This document shows, piece after piece, positions 1-11,612 of a stretch of 64,000 bases of DNA. The stretch comes from Leucoraja ocellata (taxonomy: Eukaryota), in the NCBI GenBank assembly GCA_036785375.1, contig JAWMAR010000351.1, forward strand, positions 310,001 to 374,000, read 5' to 3'. How positions within the stretch are numbered: position 1 is the stretch's first letter; each line of letters opens with the position of its first letter. Made by a program: the position numbers and the translations under genes. A model generated the notes under the pieces. That model was not told where the DNA came from and made no database searches. It was given only the letters and a program-made list of their open reading frames with translations.

Positions 1-264
1 GGTGGGGTTATTCAGTTTGTGGAATGATGAGCTGGGGGAGGTGGCATTCAGATGGTGTGAGGTTGGAAAGTGTGAAGGTGTGGAGAAGTTGCGATGGTCA
101 TTGTTACATTGGTAATTTGAAATTAAAAGTCAAGAGGGTAAGAGGCCATGTGAGGGTTGTCCAAGTGGAAGGGGAGAGCTGGGGACATAGAAACAGATTG
201 TTGGTAAGGGGTGCTGAAGAAATAATCAAGTTGACTTTATTAACATACACAGTTAGTCTGATTT

Positions 265-355
265 TTGTGCTGGTCCCTGAACAGTTCATCTAGAGATGTT
301 AATGTCCAGGAATTTGAAGCTGCTGCTTCTATTGCTGACCCACCAATGAAAACTG
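265..355 (-). mobile_element. short LINE RT remnant (Rex1/Babar-like, tentative)
   Basis: Reverse strand reads FKFLDINIS, resembling the FKFLGVHIS motif of LINE RT. Confidence 0.3.
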
Positions 356-1314
356 GCACTTTTTTTTAAAAATGAATGAATAGTCACAAAGACAGTGACA
401 GCAGAACACAACATCTTGTTAGACCCCAAACTCGGGGTGCATGGGTACAAACATGAGTCTTCTGTGAGGACTGCCCACTTGGTGTCGGGGAGGATGAAGT
501 TAAGGGGGACGGAGAAGGTGACAACATGGCATGGGATGAGATATTACATTGAGGGGGGGTGGGGGGAGAAGTAAATTTAACATTGAAATTGACAGAGAGG
601 TGAACAGTTCTTTGCCCCAAGCATTCACTGCGTAAGTCCTCGGCAGGAGGGGACATTTAGTGGGGGAAAGTCCTTGACTCTGTTTGATTATTCTGAGCCC
701 ATTTGAATTTAAAAATATATATTTTGAATGAAGGTACAGAATCACTGCAGATGTTGATTTGCACATGGTTGTTTAATACCCTAAAACTAATATGGAAGAG
801 AAATATGAGGGAAGTGACTGAAAAGTATGTCATTTGGGAGAATAAAAATGTTTACAACAATGTGCATGCTTGATAGCACATGTAAACAAGTGCTAAATAG
901 GAAATCTGACTTTGGAGTAGAAAAAAGTACAACTTTTATTTGTTTCCAAATAATGGATCTTTTTGTAGTATTAGACAAAAAGAATTAGATCTTTTTGAGA
1001 ATAATAGCTTTGCCAATACTGGCGACAAAAAAAAATGCTGAGTAATTTGAACAGCTGCCAATTTTTAACTGCATTTTCCAGAGCCTTTCCTGGTGGAACG
1101 GTGGTATTGTGGGCTCTGCAGATATTTGGTGCAGTGTGCACAATGCATAGGATTGCGTGATTAGGTTTGGGACAGAATTGCATGTGGTAGAAAAATCTGC
1201 CTTATTTAAAGGGGAAATGTTCTTATCCCGAGTACCATTAATTGACAGGAAAAAAATAAAATAGGAGTGAGTGTAGTGTGTTGATAGATTGGTTAATTGT
1301 CCTAGACTGGAAAG

Positions 1315-1420
1315 GCAAGAAACTGCAGATGCTGGAATCTTGAGCAAAACACAAAGTGCTGGAGGAACTCTGCAGACGAGGAAGCATCTGGGGTATGAAC
1401 TTTTCAGGCTGGGACTATTC
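1315..1420 (-). mobile_element. Penelope-like pLTR fragment, degenerate
   Basis: aactgcagatgctggaatct...caaagtgctggaggaactc is the reverse complement of the pLTR 3' part seen at 58870-58935. Confidence 0.6.
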
Positions 1421-1619
1421 ATTATCCTAGAATGCTGAGGGACCCTTGTAGCAGCAGCTGAGATGTATTACCTTGTACAACTCCCATTGTGATAGGATTT
1501 GTCTCTATAGACATCTGGTCGATATTTCTCTGGTTTATTGTATTCTTTATCAGATTTGGCTGTAGTATTTTCTGCATCAGATTCTGCACTAAACATTTAG
1601 CGTGTTGGATACATTGTTC

Positions 1620-2300
1620 TTTGGATCATAAGACAGAGCAGAATTGGGCCATTCAATCCATCAAATGTGCTTTTATTCTGAGGCTGTGCCCTCTGGTCCT
1701 AGATTCTTCTACTACTAAAAGCATTGCATTTGCCTTCCTTAACACCGACTCAACATGCAAATTAAAGTTTTGGGAATCCTGCACTTCCAAGTTCCTTTAC
1801 TACTCCAATTTCTGAATCTTTTCTCCATTTAGAAAATGGCCTACTCCTTTATTTCTTCTACCAAAGTGCCCACTCAAAGTCCTTCTGCAGCCTCCCTGCT
1901 TCATCAACATTACTTGCCCTTCACTTATCTTTGTATCATCCCATGCAATTCCAACATCCAGATCATTCATATATAGTGTGAGAAGTACACTTCTCCCAAC
2001 ACCGACCCTTGCAAAACACCATTAGTCACTGTAGGAAGGAACTGCAGATGGCTTAAACAGAAGATAGACACAAAAAGCTGGAGTAACTCAGCGGGACAGG
2101 CAGCATCTCTGGAGAGAAGGTTATTTCCTCAACTGCTTGTTATTTCCTCAAAGAACTCCAAGATTTGCCAGGCAAAGTACCCTGAAACCTCATCTTTAAT
2201 AATGGCCACTAAAGTCTTACCAACCACTGAAGTCGGGCAAACCGTCTTATAATTTTTTTTTTGCCTTGCTTGCTCCCTTCTTAGACAGTGGAGTTACATG
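1620..2300 (-). mobile_element. CR1-type LINE fragments, interrupted by a Penelope pLTR piece at ~2030-2120
   Basis: Reverse complement of CR1 motifs seen at 12860-13490 (tgcatttgccttcct, tctccatttagaaaat, aacaccgaccc). 2030-2120 matches the pLTR (gctggagtaactcagcgggacaggcagcatctctggagagaagg). Confidence 0.65.
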
Positions 2301-2759
2301 TGCTTGGGGCGACTACGTGAATATGTGTTATCTTCTAAAACCCATATGGGGTAAGTATACCTCGTATCCCGTATCTATAACTTGCATCCCTAAATATTCT
2401 CCCATCAGAATAGTTGTAAATGTATAGGCTTGCACACGCCCCTATGTCATTTAATCTGTGTCCCAGTTGTTGCTTACCAAATATCGTTGTAAATGTACTT
2501 TTAACAACTGGGTGCTCTCAGGGTACCCAGTTGTTAAGAGCAGTTCACCACCCACTTCTTAAATAGGCAATACATGCCATATTTATAAAAGAAGAATTCG
2601 AGGCATGCGAAGTATTCGTATTCTAGTATCGCTTTCTCGGGCCAATTAGAAATGAGCAGCACATATGGTCTTTCTGATGTCACCGACAGTGCTTGAACAA
2701 AATAAAACCCCTTCGCGTATAATCAATTACTTCGAAGAGATGATTTCAGTAAATGTTAA

Positions 2760-3101
2760 TTCGGAATGGTGCGTGGTTGCCGATGCAACACTGCAGAGAG
2801 GATATGCGGAATTTACCGAGGCTGTTCGGAGCGAATCTTAGCGTTTGATCTTTCTGCTAAACACCCCAACATTCAAAAGCCTCTTGACCTTGAGAGGATT
2901 GTAGCGGTGCAGTGTTTGGGCGACGGCAGTGCTCGCCGAAGCAGGCGCCTCACCCCGATGACGGAAAGTGCCGAAGTAGCTGCCGCGCCCGCTTGACGGA
3001 ATTGGCCGAAGGTGCTCGGGTTTTGCTCGTTTCCTTGCTGCAGAACAGTGACATCATCATCGCGGTCGGTAAAAGAGGCCGGAGCGAGCTCGGAGCGCGA
3101 C
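2760..3101 (+). promoter_or_regulatory. CpG-rich promoter of SPTAN1
   Basis: Densest CpG cluster in an otherwise CpG-depleted window. Reverse CCAAT (ATTGG 3001-3005), CRE-like TGACATCA 3049-3056, TATA-like TAAAAG 3070-3075 about 30 nt before Inr-like CAGTCT 3101-3106. Confidence 0.7.
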
Positions 3102-3153
3102 AGTCTGCAGCGATCGGCGAGCGAGCGAAGGAAGGAAGGAAGGAAGGGTTTTG
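3102..3153 (+). other. SPTAN1: probable non-coding exon 1 (5' UTR) with (GGAA)n tract
   Basis: GC-rich segment ends in donor TTG|GTATGT at 3153/3154, where the sequence switches to AT-rich. The next exon starts 3 nt before the ATG. TSS is inferred. Confidence 0.6.
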
Positions 3154-3878
3154 GTATGTTTTACATTTATCTGGAAATATGATGGTTTAAAGTCAGTAAA
3201 TCATCCATTTCAATGCTCTGTTTTTTTATTCAACCTGCTTAATATACACACATATATATATATTCATATTTTAAGTGCGGTTGTTGAGAAAGCATTTGAT
3301 TGAATAAACTATTGAGGTAAAACATCAAATTTCTGTTTGATTTTGCATTTTGTTTTGACTGATATGTGAGAAGGGTTTCCAGTCAACGTGGTTATCGGGC
3401 GTTGTCTCCGGTCCAAGGAGCGAGGAATTTTAATATATACATTTGAACTGTAATTATTGAACTGGATAATTGAACTGAATCTGTCTATCTGACATCTGGA
3501 GTATTTTTACAAAAATATCCAAAGACAAAATATGTAAAATATTTCTGTTCCCCGCGGCTGCGCATTTTCAGTTTTTTTTCTTATGTGCTGTTGCATACAA
3601 TTGTACGGCATGTTTAAAATAATGTTAAACATGGCTTTTCTCCCCCCTGGTTTTTGGTGTTTTCAATCACAATGAGCTTTAAAATGGCTGCGGGGATGGG
3701 TTTCCTGCGGTTTCGACCGCAGCAAGGTCAGAGAACATATCTAGAATATAAATATCCATAGATGAGAGGAATCGGTCCAGAGGTTGTCTTGGGGAGAGGA
3801 CTCGTCTTCATTGTGGCAATGTGGAATTCTTCCTCCAGGGAAGGAAGGTCAGAGGAGAGCGATGGGTGGTAGAAGGAA

Positions 3879-4618
3879 GAAGAAAACATAAATGTATTCT
3901 CTCAAATAGGTTGGCAGATGATCTTGGATTGAATGAATGGGGAATACATAATTTGATAGAAATAAATGGATTTGGCGAATGGCCCGAAAGGAAGAGAAAA
4001 TGTATTAGAATAGCTAATTCATTGTTCGGTATTCATAAAATCCATGACATGAAACTATTTCTGGAAATCAAGTGGGGGGTGGCCGGAGGAGATTTAAAAT
4101 ATTTTATTGTGACAAAATGGACCTTAAAACAATCCCACATTAATTAACAGAGCAGTTTGAAAACTGGTTAATTTAGATTCCCAATAACAGATGTCAGGGC
4201 GATTCCTCTAGCAACAGTTGAGGAATGCAATGTTTTTTTTCCCAATAATTAACTATATCCAGGAACATGTACAGTGAATCCAAATCAAAATGTGATGTTG
4301 AAATGAAAGCAGTTTTATGGCCATAAAATTATGGAAGTCTGAGTGGTACTGGAAGCAGGAATTGTGTCAATTTTATCATTTCTGTTCCAGGACCGTTTCA
4401 TTTGTTTAATGCAAAGGTTGGTTAGTTGGTTAACATGATTTTAACAATTGTTTTCTTTTCGTTAATTTCATGGAAACATGAATGACGTTTAATACATTTT
4501 CTCTTCCTTTCGGGCCATTCGCCAAATCCATTTATTTCTATCAAATTATGTATTCCCCATTCATTCAATCCAAGATCATCTGCCAACCTATTTGAGAGAA
4601 TACATTTATGTTTTCTTC
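3879..4618. repeat. perfect inverted repeat A, 129-bp arms (3879-4007 / 4490-4618)
   Basis: Base-by-base reverse complement, no mismatch seen. Confidence 0.95.
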
Positions 4619-5938
4619 CACGAAAACCATCGTTATTTAGATTATTAGCAAAGGAACTTTTTTTTTTTTAAAGTAATTTAATTTAAAACTGTGGTGGCAC
4701 AATTTTATAACCTTAAATAAAATTAGGATATTCAAATTAAATTCCAATTGAAGAATCAGAAGAAGGGTCTCGACCCGAAACGTCATCCATTCCTTCTCTC
4801 CAAAGATGCTGCCTGTCCCGCTGAGCTACTCCAGCGTTCTGTGTCTATCGCATTCCAACACAACTAGTGAAGCAATAACTAACTCCACCCTGACCTTGTT
4901 TTGATGCAGTATACAAAACACATTCACTGCAGTTTTCCACTAGCTTCCAATTGCATAACCTTTGCATACATCTTCAACTTTACGAAATCTTTGAACTGTT
5001 ATTCTAGTGCACAGACACCCTATTACAAAAATGTGGCAATTAAAAACATTGTGTATCAGACTGGTTCTATTCCCGCCCCCCCCCCCATAAATAATCTAAC
5101 TGTAGAATCAGTATTTTATTTATGTAGTTAAATCCGTGTCAAATCCTAATACAGAAAACATTTATTTTGCAACAGCTCAAAGAAAATACCATCTTCTTTA
5201 ACTATGCAGTATGTTTATATGTATATACGTTTATAAATATCATACATAAACATTTGAACAAAATACCAATAATAACATGATGCACAGCTTTAATTACTGT
5301 CATCACCTGAAAGATATCCTGCCACACCACCAATTGGACTTTACACCATTATGCAATTTTAACCTATTGCCCCGACTAAAGTATCTTCCCCTCCCTGTAT
5401 ACGTTTGAAATAATTAAATTTAGATTACACATTGGCAGCACTGCAAAACACATGAGGATTTTTAATAAATTGTGCTCCAGGAAAGAGCTAGGAATCCCTT
5501 GCAAACATCTTCCAAATGTAATCTGAATGGCCCATCGATCTATTATTCCTACAGAATGGGTCACTGTTTCATAATATACATGACTGATTAATGTAATAAT
5601 TGTGATAAAATACAGTTTCAAAAAATAAGCATGGACAATTTGCTTAAATCATCAAAAATCCAACAGAATGGAATAAATTCTGGCATGTCCATTTTTAAAA
5701 AGTATATTAACAATTTGTCTTTGTGGAGGCCAGATTTCTTTAATTTCATGTTTCCATACATGGATGACGTTTCGGGTCGAGACCCTTCTTCTGATTCTTC
5801 AATTGGAATTTAATTTGAATATCCTAATTTTATTTAAGGTTATAAAATTGTGCCACCACAGTTTTAAATTAAATTACTTTAAAAAAAAAAAAGTTCCTTT
5901 GCTAATAATCTAAATAACGATGGTTTTCGTGGAAGAAA
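4612..5938. repeat. perfect inverted repeat B, 179-bp arms (4612-4790 / 5760-5938)
   Basis: Base-by-base reverse complement, including T12/A12 runs. Confidence 0.95.
4755..4850 (+). mobile_element. Penelope-like pLTR fragment with hammerhead-like motif
   Basis: cagaagaagggtctcgacccgaaacgtca followed by the shared agatgctgcctgtcccgctgag block. Confidence 0.75.
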
Positions 5939-8821
5939 TTAGAACTGAGCAAACCCGCCATTTCTAATCGAAATAGAATTGGGAATTTGATGCGGTTGCC
6001 TAAATACAAATCACAATTACCTCGTGTTTGAGGAGGCCTGAAAACAATTGTCTTTTTGGTTCAGTGTTCAAATTTAGAGAAACAAATACGAAGGAATTTA
6101 ACAATAACACTTTTTATATTGAAATATCCAATCTTTATGCAGAATGTATTTTGTGTGAATTGTTTTATAATTATTTAGCAGATATACTGCTTATCAAACA
6201 GCACCGCTCATCATGTCTTCATTCCGTAAAACCAAACTGCAGGTATTGTGTATTTGTGGAATATAGTGTGATTGACTGACTGTTAATTGGTATGTACTTC
6301 AGTAACATGAAGATGATTACAAGAGCAATAAATTGGGTGACGCATGCAGCATGATTTGACAGTTGCATTTTACCTCCGACTGATATAACAGAATTTCTTA
6401 ATGATTTGGAGTCTCATTTGCATTTTTATTTGCTCTTAGAACTGTTCTTCTAACTGCCTTTCTTCAATTAATTACTATTTACAACAAAAATTCTCAGTTG
6501 AAATATTGGCAGCTGACGTACATTTTTTTTTTTGCAAGGGCAATTGTATAGAAACTAATGTCCTACCTTAGTATCATAGTCCTACCTTGGGTAATGTTTC
6601 TTAAAGATGTCCTACAAGGTTATCATTCAACACGCGTTTCAATTAACTTAAAGTAATAGATTATTTATAATCATTCTCTCAAGGGACCTTTTTCTGTGGA
6701 AGTATTTATGTTACTATACATTAATTTAAACTTAATTATAAGTTTATATGGCAGATATTAATGTTTCTCTCAAACTGTTGTAGAAAGACCTGAGTATGCT
6801 ATGTAGGATTAATCTTTTAATCTTGGTTGCCTTTTTGTAAAACAAAGCTTGCACAAAATACTTTCTACGTGTGAAAGTTTCATTTATTTCTGTTCACTTG
6901 AGCTTTCTGATATTAATTTGGCTTGTGAATAAGTTGATTAGTTTTAGTCTGTCAAGCCCACTTTTTATTCTCAGTCTGAATATTAAACAGGATTTTAAAA
7001 TTATTTTTTCAAAATTTAGTTATCACTGACTGCAGCCCATTCTTTGCTTATTCACATGAAAGGCAGGTAGATGTTTTGCTCCATTTCTTTTTCAATGCTT
7101 TTATAAACTGTTCATACACTAAGAAGCATGAATTACTTGGGCCAGACTGTTTGGTGATTTTTAAACAATATTCAACTTCTTCCTTTTGTCCCTGCATCTG
7201 TTCCCCATAGCTTTCTGAATACTCTTGCTGCAAATGTTGATCATTTTAAATTATGGCATGACCTTGGAGTGATAATTTTGGCGTTTGGTTGCTGGTTTGT
7301 GTCGATGTAAGGGAATGCTGTCCATCAAAGTGTGCAAGTGATGCTGTTGAGCAATGATGCTGAGACATGACTTATCTTTTCAAATAGCATGTATTTTTGC
7401 CCCTGGCATTATAGAAATTGTTGACTACCTCAAATGGTTTTATAATGTGGAAATAAAACACAATATATATAATCTTGGCTTGGTTGTATGTTTATATATA
7501 TATTTCTAGTGCACAGCTGAAGCTTTTATTATATTGAATGTAATTGTACGCTTGTCTTTTTGTAAGAATATAACAGTAATGAAGCATGTTTGGAAATACA
7601 AATTAAGCTGGCAGCAGCAACTATCTGTTGTACTAATGACAAGTGCTTGGTAACTGCAGCCATAAATTAATGACCACCTTCCGTAAATGAGGTATGGAAC
7701 TGTAATTCCATTCTACTTTTATCTATTGATCATTCAATTTCACATAATTTAATCATACTGGATAGAATATTCTAGTAAGTTGCTGATTTGTGTTATCAGA
7801 CTGGGCCATGATGCAATGGGAGTGTCTTATTCCTGAGCAGCTGGTGTGCAGTATTGCACATCAGCAAATGGCCCCTTGAGATTTGGAGTGGAGGATTGTG
7901 TGGATTGGAGACAAGCTTAGCTACTTGTCGGCTTTTATTAAAGTAATATATATGCTCTAGAACAGGGTTTTTTTTCAGTACTGTTTTCATATGTATTATG
8001 ATCCTCAGAAATATCAGACCGTTAACCATTTACAGAGCCTGATCCTGAATAATTTCTGTGAAATTCACTAAGTAAATTGTCAGTGTTTCTTTGCTCTGGG
8101 AAGAATAAGGGCCAGCAATGCAGAGTACAACTGACATCAGCTGTTCAGCAGAAATGCTGGACGTTATCCCAGGTGTAATTGTTTTAATAATACATCATAT
8201 AAACTACACAGCTAAAAATATTCAGTTGTTTTGTAGGAATGTAACACAATGAATTGTAATGTAAATGCAAACTAAATTTATGAAACAATATAAAATAACA
8301 TGATTCTCAAATAACTGGCATTCTTATCTATTTAATTCTGGTTAAGAATGCCTTCTGATGATATGTGAAGAATTTATTGTTGGATTTCTCTCCAGAAATG
8401 CAATTAATCTGCAATGTTCTATTTGATCACAAGCAAATCATGATCTATAAGACCGCATTTTGTTTCCAGAGGGAATTTGCCAAAGGCTCGATCTATATAA
8501 CAATTGGCCTCTGAATTTGCCAGATACTATGATTAAATTAGACCAGGCTGTTGTGAATTCAGACTGTGAGAATTATTTTTACAACATGACACCATCTTTA
8601 ATCAAATTAGAATGGAATTTTAAGCACAAAGACTAATGATTCTGTCTAGCATTAAATGAATAGATTCAGATTAGGAACAACAAAGGGAGTTATCTCTTTT
8701 GCAGTAGTCATGAGATTTAAAAAGTGCTCGTCTGCTGAACCTATAATCTATCTGTATTCTGCAGGGTGGAAGGTGCAGAATTGTTCTCTACTGCTAATGC
8801 TGTGGTAGAATGTGTTGTATA

Positions 8822-8827
<6 letters not shown>

Positions 8828-8885
<58 letters not shown>
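8828..8885. repeat. (TA)29 microsatellite
   Basis: Pure TA dinucleotide run. Confidence 0.98.
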
Positions 8886-8888
<3 letters not shown>

Positions 8889-10195
8889 TTCTGTTTGCTT
8901 TTGAAGTATACAATTGGGACCCTGAGAATCTTGGTGTTTGGAACTTCAACCATAAATTCATTTTTGCACTGTGGGTTATTATGTATGCAGTCGAAGTGCA
9001 ACATTAAAATCCATTCTTTTAATTCCTTTCAAATGTTTCCCTCTTCCCTAATTACAGTATAACTCCATGACTTTCTAGACTGGGGGATTTTCTGAAGCAT
9101 TGAATGTTATCCCCAATAATACAGTAATGCCAATGGACTCTTAATTTGCTTCTTTAAATGTTACATAGTATATTACTTTTTCCAATGAACCCAGTAAGTT
9201 TAAAGGGAGTATAGGAAGTGGGGACCTGGTAAGTTTCAAGGGAACACAGGAAACATGACCTGGTGATTCAGATGTCGATTCATCAGAATTTCCAAACAGT
9301 CAAAGAAAGATTATCAGAGTTTTACTGCATTGGGTCTGTGATTCAGATAGTAGCTGTTGAATTTTACACACGCCTTCAGAATGTGTACAGTTTGTGGGGT
9401 GATAGCAGAGAGGGCAGGGGAGACTTGTCATGAACATTTGCAGCTCTATACGTATCAGCTATTGGAATGTTGGAGAGATCCCTACATTTTCAACTTTTTG
9501 AATTGCTGACTAAGAATATATTTTAAATTACCAGTGAACATTGTCTCCAGTGTTTGAACAACTGCTTTTGTTTTCTCAATTAACAATGTTCTGACTGCTA
9601 CAGTGGATTTTAGTCATTACCTTTCTAAATAATTTAGTCATTTATTGTCTTGTGAATGCTAGCATGGTATTTTGCTATTTTTTTTCTGAGCATTTTTTCC
9701 CCATGTCCGCTCCTCTGGTGAGGTAGAATTCTATGCATTCCATAACTTGCGCAAATAACCCCCCTCTTGTTGAGATAAGTGCACAGAAGGCGCTCTAACA
9801 ATGGGAAAGGGGGACAGATTGAACTAACCCACAGAATTGTGTCACCTGTGGTTATGTTGCAACTGTTAAAATGGATTTGAGGTTTAGCTGACTAAATATA
9901 CAAATTAATCTGAGATGAACATGGATTTAGAAATGGGCAATAATGGCTTTGAAGCTCATTTTGGACCAAAGATGTGAGACAGCCACTTTGGCCTGCCCAG
10001 TCTTTTAATTGGAAGAAATTTCTGTCCGTATAACTTTGGGTAATGAATAAATAGCTTGCTAGTTTTGGCGACAATGGAGTGCTTTGGAAACACAGTATGG
10101 CAAGAGGCCCTTCAGCCTTGACTTAAAGCATCTAATTGCACTCGCTCCAACAGTAATCCTATTTTATTCTGTGCACATTCCCAGCAGATTCTATC

Positions 10196-10487
10196 AATTT
10201 AGAGAGATAGCGTGGAAACAGAATCTTTGGCCCACTGAGTTCACACCGACCAATGATCACCCATACACTAGTTCTATTCTACATACTAGAGACAATTTAC
10301 AGAAGCCAATGAATCTACAAACTTGCCCGTCTTTGGAATGTGTGAGGAATCCGGAGCACCGGAGAAATCCCACTTGGTCACAGAGAGAACATACAAACTC
10401 CAGACAGGCAGCACCCATAGTCTGGATCAAACCTGGGTCTCTGGCGCTATAAGGCAGCAACTCTACTGCTGCGCCACTGTGCCGCCC
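10196..10487 (-). mobile_element. tRNA-derived V-SINE (HE1-like)
   Basis: Minus strand has an A-box-like TGGCGCAGCAGTAG, B-box GGTTTGATCC, V-domain gggatttctccggtgctccggattcctcacaca, and a CR1-like tail. Confidence 0.8.
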
Positions 10488-10489
10488 GG

Positions 10490-10680
10490 ATCACTTGCCT
10501 GTGTGCTAAGGGCAATTTACAGGAGCCAATTAATCTACGACCCTTTACAATTTTGGGATGTGGAAGCAAACCAGAGAATGCGGAGGAAACCCATACAATC
10601 ATAGAGAGAATGTGCAAACTTAACACAGATGCACAGGTGGTCAAAATAGAACCTGGGTCCCTGGAACTGTGCTAGCTGGA
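10490..10680 (-). mobile_element. older V-SINE fragment (host of the nested copy)
   Basis: Second degenerate V-domain and head; a matching tail-like piece lies at ~10085-10190. Confidence 0.6.
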
Positions 10681-11538
10681 TCACTGGTAATGGTGGTAAT
10701 ACAAAGCCTGGTGTCACTCGCTTTTGTGAAAGTGCTACAAAACATTGCTGACCTGGTGAGAATGTTCTTGTTTGTGTTGGGAACTAGTGGTTGTTGTACT
10801 GTGTGAGGCCGACCCATTTTTATGCATTTGTGAAGGGGGTTACTGATATTGGAGATTGATCATGTGTACTCGATTGAGATCCAAAGGCAGAAACAGGGTC
10901 TGATTCTGTGCTGCATATTATGTTGTGGTAATTCACCAGATTTTGCTTGTCTAGTAGCCTTGATATTTTTCAGCTGATGGATGGCTTTATCATTCTCTTG
11001 GTGAGCTGTAGTAGTATTGACCTATTGAGGTGTGGTGGTATTGAGATTGTGGTAGTGCTCTGCGGGATGAATACGTGGATCCTTTGTTTGAGGAGATGTT
11101 GTAAAATGTTCCTTCCAGCAGGGACTAACTGCTTCTCTATTTTGGAGTTTCTTCTTGGCTTTTCGACAGGTGAGATGTTGAGTGTTCTGGTGCTGGATTC
11201 CCTATATGCTTTATCAATCATTCATACCTTAGGTTACAGTATTAGAACATTTATACTATAAAAGAGTTTGAAATCCATCAATAATTCTGACAATGTCATG
11301 ACTTAAAGCTACTCACAAAACATTCCATGTTGAATAATTTATTGTAACTTGAAGAAGCTTGCTCTGGTTCTATATGTTTTAAAGTCAATGACATTGGGGG
11401 GGGGCGGGGGGGAGGAATGCTTTGATTACGGGGATGGAGTTGACTATTAGTTGACATGTTTGAGATGGCTTTTTAATGTTGTCTTCACTTATTTCTAAAA
11501 TCAATTTTTAATATGTATTTTTATGCCTGTAACAGAAA

Positions 11539-11612
11539 ATGGATTCCACTGGAGTAAAGATTCTAGATTCAGCAGATGACATCCAAGAAAGACGCCATCA
11601 GGTGCTAGATAG
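11539..11612 (+). CDS. SPTAN1: SPTAN1 coding exon 2a (start codon)
   Basis: aacag|aaaATG; MDSTGVKILDSADDIQERRHQVLDR; donor AG|gtatga, phase 2. Confidence 0.93.

Noticed and set aside
2766-3190. Two ORFs over the CpG island
   Set aside because: GC-rich promoter/5' UTR sequence gives stop-poor frames; no recognisable protein.
4757-4785. Active hammerhead in intron 1
   Set aside because: Core reads CAGAAGA (U4 to A) in both inverted copies, so it is probably inactive; kept only as a family member.
3879-5938. Interpretation of the inverted repeats as transposon TIRs
   Set aside because: No TSDs, the arms overlap each other and one arm cuts through a Penelope fragment; a rearrangement or assembly artefact fits better.
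8741-9062. ORFs with IYIYIY runs on both strands
   Set aside because: Translation of the (TA)29 microsatellite, which has no stop codon; not genes.
6200-9900. Possible conserved enhancers or alternative first exons in intron 1
   Set aside because: Repeat-poor sequence is suggestive, but nothing can be supported without cross-species alignment or transcript data.
10745-11221. ORFs 10947-11261(+) and 10970-11221(-)
   Set aside because: Looks like a very old antisense retroelement remnant; no motif clear enough to classify and no splice context.
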